Positions 8,545-15,745 of a stretch of DNA of 64,000 bases are shown here, piece after piece. Position 1 is the stretch's first letter. Each line of letters opens with the position of its first letter. A model generated the notes under the pieces. The model searched no databases, was not told where the DNA came from, and worked only from the letters and a program-made list of their open reading frames with translations. The position numbers and the translations under genes are program-made. Source of the stretch: Anaerolineales bacterium UBA2181. GTDB taxonomy: Bacteria; Chloroflexota; Anaerolineae; Promineifilales; UBA4811. Location of the stretch: contig DCVT01000044.1 in assembly GCA_002328075.1 (NCBI GenBank), forward strand, positions 260,969-324,968. Direction: 5' to 3'.

Positions 8545-9818
8545 ACCACCTGAGCCACCGGTTCACACGCGTGATGACGCGCGTCGCACGGCGCTACCTC
8601 GTGGGGCCTGATCAGCGCTGGGTCTTCCAACCACCTGCTCCGCACTGGAAACCGCCGCCACTCGAGCGCACCTCGCTGTATCTGCATGTGCCCGTATTTC
8701 CCCCCTACACCAAGGTGCCTCACGACGAAATTCTCTTGGAACCCTATTCACAGGCCGCGCTCTCCGAGGTGGATTGGTGGGCCGACGCGATCGGGCCCGC
8801 AGAGATAACGAGTGTCTACATCGGCGGCGGCACACCGACCCTCGCCTTGGACAGCATCACCAGCGTGCTTGGGCGTGTACGCGAACGGTTCCACCTTGCT
8901 GGAGACATCTGCATCGAGACGAACCCTGACGACGTTGACGATGCCACCGTGCGGCGCATGCACGACGCGGGCGTCGAACTCGTGTCGCTGGGTGTGCAGT
9001 CGTTCCGTCGTGAGAGCCTGGCGATCATTGGACGCCAGTACGAGCCGTCGGTCGCGGTGCACGCGCTGGAATTGCTGGCGCAGAGCGGCTTCGCTTCGGT
9101 CAACGCGGACCTCATGTTCGCGCTGCCCGACCAGAGCGCCCGCCACGTAACCACCGACCTGGCCCGCGCCGCGCAACTGGGCGCAGACCAACTGACGACC
9201 TATCCACTCTTTACATTCCCATACACCTCGGTCGGCGAGTACCTGCGCCTGACAGACGTGCGTATGCCAGATCTGCGCGTCCGGCGCGCACACTATCGCG
9301 CCATCAGCGAGTGGTGCGAGGAGCACGGCTTTGACCGGGTTTCGGTGTGGGGCTTTAGGCGAGGCGGCGCTCCGCGCTACTCGTCGGTCACCAGGGACGG
9401 CTACATCGGAATCGGTCCGGGAGCTGGATCGCACCTGCCGGACGGGTTCGTTCTCAACACCTTTGATCTCAACAGCTGGATCTGCGCAACTGGACAAGGG
9501 CGCACGGCAATCGCCCTGCAGATGCCGTTCTTGGGTCAGATGTCCGGTTGGTGGTGGCTGTACTGGCGCCTTTATGATACACGCATTCCGCTGGATGATT
9601 TCGATGCCGCCCTTGGCAAAGACGCGCCCAAGGCTCGCGGGTGGTTGAGATTCGTGGAACAGGTTGGTCTCGGGCTTCGCCACCACGAGGACATTGTGCT
9701 GACCGAGCCAGGAGCCTTCTGGCTTCACCTGGTGCAGAACCACTTTGCACTGAGCTACGTAAACACCCTCTGGACCGAGGCCCGCCGCGAGCCATGGCCT
9801 CAGGCCGTCGCTATCTGA
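8541..9818 (+). CDS. HemN/HemW-like (coproporphyrinogen-III-oxidase-like) radical-SAM-fold protein lacking the canonical Cys motif
   Basis: The GTG start overlaps the upstream stop (GTGA). HemN-like blocks are present: VYIGGGTPT, ICIETNPDDV, VSLGVQSF, NADLMFALPDQ. Where HemN has YxHIPFCxxxCxYC, this protein reads YLHVPVFPPYTKVP with no cysteine. Confidence 0.8.
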   Translation: MNHLSHRFTRVMTRVARRYLVGPDQRWVFQPPAPHWKPPPLERTSLYLHVPVFPPYTKVPHDEILLEPYSQAALSEVDWWADAIGPAEITSVYIGGGTPTLALDSITSVLGRVRERFHLAGDICIETNPDDVDDATVRRMHDAGVELVSLGVQSFRRESLAIIGRQYEPSVAVHALELLAQSGFASVNADLMFALPDQSARHVTTDLARAAQLGADQLTTYPLFTFPYTSVGEYLRLTDVRMPDLRVRRAHYRAISEWCEEHGFDRVSVWGFRRGGAPRYSSVTRDGYIGIGPGAGSHLPDGFVLNTFDLNSWICATGQGRTAIALQMPFLGQMSGWWWLYWRLYDTRIPLDDFDAALGKDAPKARGWLRFVEQVGLGLRHHEDIVLTEPGAFWLHLVQNHFALSYVNTLWTEARREPWPQAVAI

Positions 9819-9893
9819 GCCGCTGAGGTCCGCAACGCGGCGGAACCCTACCGGCAGGCAGCTCTTCGGACAGATTCGCCAAAGGAGGAATTG

Positions 9894-10310
9894 ATGGAGG
9901 CCGATAACACGATTGCCGAGGTGCGTGATGTGCTCCAGGGGGTCTAGGAGGGATACACCGCTCGCAACCTGTCAGTACGTGATGAATTCATGGATCTTTT
10001 CGTCCAGAGTCACAATGGATCTGTTTCTCCGAATTGAGAGCCTGCACGAAGCTTTAGGCGAGTCATTGGCAAATGCGGGCGCTTCCAGACGACCATCGGA
10101 GCTTGATTAAAGCGTTCTTTTGGGGATCAGGGTGGGAACGTTCTTCCCTTGGGTAGCCATGCCCGGTGCGCCGGCGATCCTGGCGACCAGGGTTCGCCGA
10201 GTAACCCGAGTGCGCAACCAGAATTTGTCCAGGAGAGCATTTCTGGTTTGGTTGAAGGGGCAAACCAAAGCGAGACTGATGCACCTGATCAGTGTATGCG
10301 GCCGAATCCA
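9894..10310 (+). pseudogene. NTF2-like (SnoaL/DUF4440-type) pseudogene with in-frame stops and a frameshift
   Basis: Strong SD AAAGGAGG then ATG at 9894. It reads MEADNTIAEVRDVLQGV-TAG(9945)-EGYTARNLSVRDEFMDLFVQS...TGA(10035). After a +1 shift it reads IESLHEALGESLANAG...TAA(10108)...FPWVAMPGAPAIL...RRAFLVWLKGQTKARLMHLISV. That order resembles the N-terminal helix, AWVAADA strand and RLTxVLxKxxGxWxIxHxHxS strand of NTF2-like proteins. Confidence 0.5.
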
Positions 10311-10465
10311 CCATCGACCCGTCGGCGGTTGCCAGAGTGCGCCGATTCAACTGCGGTCGGGCAGATCGTGTCGCCGGCGGCCGATGGGTATCCATTAGTT
10401 CGGCCGGATTGCGCACCCAAACAGGCTCAACTATCGCCAAGGCGCTAGAGACAGGAGCACAAGCA

Positions 10466-11080
10466 ATGACCCCTGGGAAAATCATCCTTCTCAACGGGGC
10501 TTCGAGTTCGGGAAAGACCAGTATCATCCGTGCGTTGCAGGACGTCCTCGAGGAGCCTTTTCTCGACGCCGGCATTGACAAGTTCATCTGGATGCTGCCC
10601 CGGCGCTATCTCGACCGGCCGCTGTGGGACGACGTGCTCGGGCTGGCGACGGAAGCGGGTGTCGTGGGTCATCGCCTGATGGCAGGCATGCACCGGGCTA
10701 TCGCCGCCCTGTCAAGAGCAGGCAACAACGTGGTGGCGGAACATGTGCTGGTCGAAAGGCCGCGGCTGGAGGAATGCATACGGTTGTTCAGCGATTTGCC
10801 CGCCCTATTTGTCGGGGTTCGATGTCCATTGGAGGTGCTCGAACGGCGTGAGGCGTCGCGCGCGGACCGCACACTGGGTCAGGCGCGGGCGCAGTTTCCC
10901 CTGGTGCATGCGCATGCGGTCTATGACCTGGAGGTAGACACAGCCGTGCAAAGCGCAGAAGCATGCGCGCTGCAGATCATGCAGCGTTTGCGGAGCGAAA
11001 AGCCTCCCGATGCTTTCAAGCGCTTGAGACAACAGCGGGGGGCGGACGAGCAATTACAGGCAAAGCGGACGTCTCCATAG
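10466..11080 (+). CDS. chloramphenicol-phosphotransferase-like (CPT family) P-loop kinase
   Basis: ATG 10466 with AGGAG upstream. KIILLNGASSSGKTSIIRALQ (P-loop) followed by FLDAGIDKFIWMLP is typical of the CPT family. Confidence 0.8.
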   Translation: MTPGKIILLNGASSSGKTSIIRALQDVLEEPFLDAGIDKFIWMLPRRYLDRPLWDDVLGLATEAGVVGHRLMAGMHRAIAALSRAGNNVVAEHVLVERPRLEECIRLFSDLPALFVGVRCPLEVLERREASRADRTLGQARAQFPLVHAHAVYDLEVDTAVQSAEACALQIMQRLRSEKPPDAFKRLRQQRGADEQLQAKRTSP

Positions 11081-11198
11081 ACGACTGCCTTAACCCATAG
11101 CGGCGGGCGATGTGACTGCACCTCGATGGGATGACGGGCGGCTGGCCGATCACTGTGATCATGGGCCAAGGGAACAGGAAATTGCCGCCTCGGGCCTC

Positions 11199-11253
11199 TC
11201 ACATGCCTTGGCCCGTTTCGCGTGACTCGCACCCTACCTGTCACATGCTGGCC
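11199..11253 (+). repeat. two copies of a TCACATGC(C)TTGGCC / TCACATGCTGGCC direct repeat upstream of the ECF sigma gene
   Basis: Copy 1 is at 11199-11213 and copy 2 at 11241-11253, 42 nt start to start. Copy 2 sits where a -35 would lie relative to TATTAT at 11265-11270. Confidence 0.4.
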
Positions 11254-11279
11254 TTCCGCGGTGTTATTATTGTGGGATA

Positions 11280-11837
11280 GTGGAGCACCCAGAGCCATCA
11301 AAACCCATGCTTTCGGACGCGCTGTTGCTGGAAGGCGTGCGGCGGGGCGACGAACTCGCGTTCGAATCGCTGTTTCATCGCTACTACCCGCGCGTCTACC
11401 GATTGCTGTACTTCCTGGTCGGTAGCCGCGCGCAGGCCGAGGAACTGACTCAGGAGGTGTTCATCCAGCTCTTCCGGCGTCCGCTGCGCAGTGGCGACAA
11501 CGTAGGTGCCTGGCTCCGCCGGGTGGCCACCAACCTGGGCTACAACGCCATGCGAGCGGAAAAGCGACGGACCGGGCGCGAGGAGGCAGTGACAGCGGAA
11601 ACACCCTCCACCGCCCCTAGCGCGGCAGCCGAGGCCGAAAGGCGCATAGTCGCCGCCGAGGTGAGCCGGACACTCAACAGTCTCAACCCTCGGCAGGCGC
11701 AGCTGCTCCTCTTGCGGCAATTGGGCCTGCCCTATCAGGAGCTGGCAGAGGTGTTCAACGTATCGCGCGGTTCGGTCGGAACGCTGCTGGCCCGCGCCGA
11801 AAGGGCGTTCCGCCGGGAGTACAAAGGAGAGAGATGA
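11280..11837 (+). CDS. ECF (sigma-70 family, group IV) RNA polymerase sigma factor
   Basis: GTG start. Region 2 reads AFESLFHRYYPRVYRLLYFLVGSRAQAEELTQEVFIQLF. Region 4 HTH reads LPYQELAEVFNVSRGSVGTLLARAERAFR. Confidence 0.9.
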   Translation: MEHPEPSKPMLSDALLLEGVRRGDELAFESLFHRYYPRVYRLLYFLVGSRAQAEELTQEVFIQLFRRPLRSGDNVGAWLRRVATNLGYNAMRAEKRRTGREEAVTAETPSTAPSAAAEAERRIVAAEVSRTLNSLNPRQAQLLLLRQLGLPYQELAEVFNVSRGSVGTLLARAERAFRREYKGER

Positions 11838-12976
11838 GCAGGTGCCCGAACAAAGGTGAGTTGAGAGCCTGGCTGGATGGCGAATGGCCGGCAACCAACA
11901 GGTTGGTGGTGGAGAGCCACCTGGAAAGCTGTCCTGCCTGCCGGCAACACATGGACAGGCTGGAGAAGGACCGTGCCTGGGTGTCTCACCGGATGGCCCG
12001 CATCGCCTCCCGATCAGACGCGATTCCACCGGCCGGCCAGGCATTGGCCCAACTATACCATCGCATCGAGACAAGGCCCCATTGGAAAGAGAGGTTGGCT
12101 GACATGTTTGGATTGACTCATCGTCACGCACGGCCGGCGCTGGCAGCGCTGGCCTTGGTGTTGATCGTGACCTTGGCCTTTGGCTTTGAACCGGTTAGGG
12201 TGGCGGCCCAGGATTTCCTGTCCATCTTTCGGGTGCGGCAATTTGCGGTTATCCCGGTTGGTCCGGAGCAGATGGAAAAGATGGAAGAGATCAGCGCGCT
12301 GCTGGAGCAGAACTTTTTCCTCGGCGAGCCGATCATGGCCCAGGAGTCAGAATTGCGGAACGTCGCCACGCTTCAGGAGGCAATTGCCCTGACCGGGTTC
12401 AGGGTGCGCACGCTGGAAACGGTCCCGCGAGGTTTCTCGGCCCAGGCCATCGAGGTGAGTTCCGAGGGCTCCGGGCAGCTCCAGGTGGACCTGGCGCTGG
12501 CTCGTTCGCTGTTCGAGACTCTGGGGCTGGATCCTGCATTGCTGCCGGATTCCCTAGGCAAAGAGCCGCTCACCATAATCATTCCAGCCATGGTGACCCA
12601 ATCCTGGCGATACCAGGGGCGGATCGGCCTGAATTTCGTTCAGGGTCGTAGTCCATCGGTGGATTATCCTGACGACGTAGATCCAGTTGCGTTAGGTGCA
12701 TCCGTCCTACAACTTTTGGGCATGAGCGAACGCGAAGCCGGCCGCCTGAGCGAGACCATCGACTGGACCAGCACGCTGGTGTTGCCCATACCCACCGATG
12801 TGGCTTCCTTCCGGGAATTGCCCGTGGACGGGACCACCGGCCTGCTCATCAATGCGCAGACTGACCGCCACGGTTCACACAACAGCCTTTTGTGGCAGAG
12901 GGACGGCGTCCTGCATTTCCTGGAGGGCAACGTATCCATGGAAACCCTGGTGGAAATCGCCGGTTCTATTCGATAA
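11834..12976 (+). CDS. anti-sigma factor (zf-HC2 type) with TM helix and extracytoplasmic domain
   Basis: ATGA overlap with the sigma gene. Zinc-finger motif HLESCPACRQHM, single TM helix ALAALALVLIVTLAF, and an extracytoplasmic C-terminal domain of about 260 aa. Confidence 0.75.
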   Translation: MSRCPNKGELRAWLDGEWPATNRLVVESHLESCPACRQHMDRLEKDRAWVSHRMARIASRSDAIPPAGQALAQLYHRIETRPHWKERLADMFGLTHRHARPALAALALVLIVTLAFGFEPVRVAAQDFLSIFRVRQFAVIPVGPEQMEKMEEISALLEQNFFLGEPIMAQESELRNVATLQEAIALTGFRVRTLETVPRGFSAQAIEVSSEGSGQLQVDLALARSLFETLGLDPALLPDSLGKEPLTIIIPAMVTQSWRYQGRIGLNFVQGRSPSVDYPDDVDPVALGASVLQLLGMSEREAGRLSETIDWTSTLVLPIPTDVASFRELPVDGTTGLLINAQTDRHGSHNSLLWQRDGVLHFLEGNVSMETLVEIAGSIR

Positions 12977-12978
12977 CC

Positions 12979-13893
12979 GTGAGCGACTCGCCCACCATCG
13001 AAACCCATCGCCTGCGAAAAGAGTACGGCGACAAAGTGGCGGTAGCGGACCTCACCCTGACCGTTCAGCGGGGTGAGGTCTTTGGCTTTCTCGGGCCGAA
13101 CGGCGCCGGCAAGACCACGGCGGTGAAAATGCTGTTAGGTCTGGCTGTGCCCACTTCGGGGTCTGCGCAGATCCTCGGCCGGCCGGTTGGGGATACCCAG
13201 ACCCGCTCCCGAATCGGTTTCCTACCGGAGCACTTTCGTTTTCACGAGTGGCTCCAGGCCGCCGAGTTCATGGACCTTCATGGACAACTCTTTGGGCTGA
13301 CCCTCCAGCAGCGCAGAGAGCGAATCCCCGCCTTGTTGGAGTTGGTCAAGTTGACCGAGGCGGCCGATCGCCGGTTGAGTGCGTTTTCCAAGGGAATGCT
13401 TCAGCGGATTGGGTTGGCTCAGGCTTTGTTGCCCGAGCCAGAGGTGGTATTTCTGGATGAACCGACCTCGGGTCTCGATCCACTGGGCCGGCGGCTGGTG
13501 CGCGATGTGATCCGAAAGCTCAGGTCATCCGGCACCACCGTCTTCCTCAACTCGCACCTGCTGAGCGAAGTAGAGATAACCTGTGACCGGGTGGCCTTTA
13601 TCAAGGATGGCACAATCGTGCGCACGGCCACGCTGGACAGATTGGTTGAGGGGCTGACTGAAGTGATACTTTGGGTAGGCCAGGTGACGCCGGAGTTTCT
13701 GGACGGGCTGCGCCGTTGGAGCAACGAGCTGCAGGTCGACGGACGGCGCATCACGCTTACCGTCCAGGATGAAGCGAGCCTGCCCGGCCTGGCCCAGTGG
13801 GTGGTCGAGCAAGGCGTCGGCCTTTACGCCCTGACACCGCAGCAGCTCTCGCTGGAAGAGCTCTTTGTGCAGGTGGTGGGAGGAGAGCAGTGA
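12979..13893 (+). CDS. ABC transporter ATP-binding protein
   Basis: GTG 12979 within ORF 12892..13893. Walker A GPNGAGKTT, signature LSAFSKGMLQR, Walker B VVFLDEPTSGLD. Confidence 0.9.
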   Translation: MSDSPTIETHRLRKEYGDKVAVADLTLTVQRGEVFGFLGPNGAGKTTAVKMLLGLAVPTSGSAQILGRPVGDTQTRSRIGFLPEHFRFHEWLQAAEFMDLHGQLFGLTLQQRRERIPALLELVKLTEAADRRLSAFSKGMLQRIGLAQALLPEPEVVFLDEPTSGLDPLGRRLVRDVIRKLRSSGTTVFLNSHLLSEVEITCDRVAFIKDGTIVRTATLDRLVEGLTEVILWVGQVTPEFLDGLRRWSNELQVDGRRITLTVQDEASLPGLAQWVVEQGVGLYALTPQQLSLEELFVQVVGGEQ

Positions 13894-14732
13894 AGCTGTG
13901 GGTGATCACTCGGCTGACGGTGCGCGAAGCGCAGCGGCGCAAACTGCTCTGGATTGCCCTGGCGTTGGGAGTGGTCTTTGTTGCCCTGTTTGCCGGCGGT
14001 TTTCACCTCATCTATCGCGAGTTTGCCACGTTTTCGCAGAGCACGGTCGGAGGCCAGGTGCAGTACCAAGTGGTCACCGTCTTTTTCCTGACCGCTGGCC
14101 TTTACGTCATCAACTTTTTAGCCGTGATGATGGCAGTGCTCACTTCGGTGGGGACCGTCTCGGGCGAAATCAGCTCCCACACTATCCAGTCGCTGGCAAC
14201 CAAACCCCTGCGGCGTTGGGAGATTCTGCTGGGCAAGTGGGTCGCCTATTCAGTCATGTTGGGGGTCTACACCTCGATCCTCAGCCTCAGCCTGGTGCTG
14301 GTGGTGAGATTGATTTCCGGTTATATTCCCAACAACTGGCTGGGACCGATTGGTTTGCTGATCCTGGAAGGGTGGGTAATCCTCACCGTGTCCATCTTGG
14401 GGGGTACCTTTCTCTCGACCATCGCCAACGGGGTGCTGGCCTTTATGCTCTACGGCATCGCCTTCATCGGCGGTTGGGTGGAGCAGTTTGGCTCACTCAT
14501 GGCGAGTGACGCGGCGGTCAATATTGGCATCCTCACCAGCTTGGTCCTGCCCAGCGAGGCACTATGGCGGCGCGCCTCGTACCTGATGCAACCGGCCATT
14601 ATCCGCAACCTGCCGGCCAATCCCTTTAGCACCGCATCGGTACCCAGTCCGGCGATGGTCCTCTATGCGGCGTTTTATATCGTCGCGCTGCTCGGCATCG
14701 CCCTGTGGGTCTTTTCGCAAAGGGATCTATGA
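13890..14732 (+). CDS. ABC-2 type transporter permease
   Basis: GTG 13890 overlaps the ATPase stop (GTGA). About six hydrophobic helices; N-terminal VITRLTVREAQRRKLLWIAL is typical of ABC-2 permeases. Confidence 0.7.
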   Translation: MKLWVITRLTVREAQRRKLLWIALALGVVFVALFAGGFHLIYREFATFSQSTVGGQVQYQVVTVFFLTAGLYVINFLAVMMAVLTSVGTVSGEISSHTIQSLATKPLRRWEILLGKWVAYSVMLGVYTSILSLSLVLVVRLISGYIPNNWLGPIGLLILEGWVILTVSILGGTFLSTIANGVLAFMLYGIAFIGGWVEQFGSLMASDAAVNIGILTSLVLPSEALWRRASYLMQPAIIRNLPANPFSTASVPSPAMVLYAAFYIVALLGIALWVFSQRDL

Positions 14733-14792
14733 GAGAAACGGATCTGTCTCCCCGGCCGGTGCCCTGAAGAGCAGCCAGTATGTCGTCCTCCG

Positions 14793-14821
14793 TTGCGCGG
14801 TTGACATCCCTTCAGTAGAAT
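14793..14821 (+). promoter_or_regulatory. promoter candidate TTGCGC-17-TAGAAT
   Basis: TTGCGC at 14793-14798, a 17-nt spacer, and TAGAAT at 14816-14821, about 70 nt upstream of the exonuclease-WYL start. Confidence 0.4.
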
Positions 14822-14848
14822 AGGGTCTGGACGGGCAAAAACACTCCC

Positions 14849-14871
14849 GGGACACAAGAGAGTTGTGTCTC
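14849..14871 (+). promoter_or_regulatory. 5' UTR hairpin (9-bp stem, GAGAG loop)
   Basis: GGGACACAA-gagag-TTGTGTCTC, including one G-U pair. It lies between the candidate promoter and GTG 14889. Confidence 0.3.
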
Positions 14872-14888
14872 CGCAGGGATGATCAACC

Positions 14889-15716
14889 GTGATATTCCAC
14901 GATCAGTTGATAGATGCGGTTCCACTGGCCGTGCTGGACACCGAGACCACGGGTCTCGAGCCAGCGCTGGGCCACCGCGTGATCGAGCTGGCAATTCTCC
15001 GCCTGGAGGGTTGGCAGGAAACCGGTCAGATGGACGAGTTGGTTAACCCGGGCCGGCCAATCTCTCCCTCAGCCTCACGGGTGAACCAGATCGTTGACGC
15101 CGACGTGACAAATGCGCCTCGTTTTCCAGACTTGGTCGGCCGAGTTGCCGACCTGTTGGAAGGCACGCTGGTCGTTGCCCACAACGCCGCCTTTGACGCC
15201 GCCTTTATTGCAGCCGAATGGACCCTTACTTCGCTGCCGCCGCTGACCAACCCCTGTGCCTGCACCCTGCTGCTGGCACGCAACTGGTATCGGCTGCCCC
15301 GAAACGGCCTGGGCCAGGTGGCGCGTGAGCTGGGGATACGCCGCAGGCTTGCCCATCGCGCCATGCCAGACGTCTGGGTAACTGCGCAGATCTTTCGCCG
15401 GATGCTCAAGGACCTGAACCAGTGGGGAGTTCACACCGTCGGCGAGTTGATGCATGCGCAGGGAGGAATCATCTCCTTCCCGGCGCCGGCCCAGGTCGCG
15501 CTTCCTTCCCCCCTTGACCGGGCTGTGCAGCAACACACCCCCATTGGTATTCGTTACCTGGACGACCACGGAAACGTCACCGAGCGCGTGATCGAACCCT
15601 ACTTCCTCCGCAGCTACCAGGGCGACGGTTATCTGACCGCTTTCTGTCGCCTGCGGAACGCGCAACGCACCTTTCGCATCGATCGCATACTCGCAGCGTT
15701 CCCAGCGTACCCCTAG
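14889..15716 (+). CDS. DEDDh (DnaQ/epsilon-like) 3'-5' exonuclease fused to a C-terminal WYL domain
   Basis: Exo I VLDTETTGL, Exo II VAHNAAFD, Exo III HRAMPDV. The C-terminal IGIRYLDDHGNVTERVIEPYFLRSYQGDGYLTAFCRLRNAQRTFRIDRI matches the WYL-domain pattern. Confidence 0.85.
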   Translation: MIFHDQLIDAVPLAVLDTETTGLEPALGHRVIELAILRLEGWQETGQMDELVNPGRPISPSASRVNQIVDADVTNAPRFPDLVGRVADLLEGTLVVAHNAAFDAAFIAAEWTLTSLPPLTNPCACTLLLARNWYRLPRNGLGQVARELGIRRRLAHRAMPDVWVTAQIFRRMLKDLNQWGVHTVGELMHAQGGIISFPAPAQVALPSPLDRAVQQHTPIGIRYLDDHGNVTERVIEPYFLRSYQGDGYLTAFCRLRNAQRTFRIDRILAAFPAYP

Positions 15717-15745
15717 TCCCACTGTGCCGACCGCGGGGTGTCCGG

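Noticed and set aside
8748-9743. A long antisense ORF (331 aa) inside the HemN-like gene. Similar cases are 60314..61408 (364 aa, inside the 12S gene), 55302..56195 (297 aa, inside glnA), 40779..41618 (279 aa, inside the aminotransferase) and 6210..6869.
   Set aside because: These are typical high-GC shadow ORFs. They have Arg/Gly/Pro/His-rich composition and no recognisable motifs, and each lies opposite a gene with strong homology.
9894-9947. The 17-codon ORF with a strong SD directly after the radical-SAM pair, considered as a possible RiPP precursor peptide.
   Set aside because: The peptide (MEADNTIAEVRDVLQGV) has no Cys/Ser/Thr/Gly-rich core. The sequence beyond its TAG continues in recognisable NTF2-like register, so a pseudogene N-terminus explains it better.
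11171-11200. A GGAAC at 11171-11175 considered as an ECF-type -35 element for autoregulation of the sigma gene.
   Set aside because: No CGT/GTC-type -10 lies at the expected 16-17-nt spacing.
14801-14821. TTGACA at 14801-14806 paired with TAGAAT at 14816-14821 as a promoter.
   Set aside because: The spacer is only 9 nt. The alternative -35, TTGCGC at 14793-14798, gives the proper 17-nt spacing and is the one reported.
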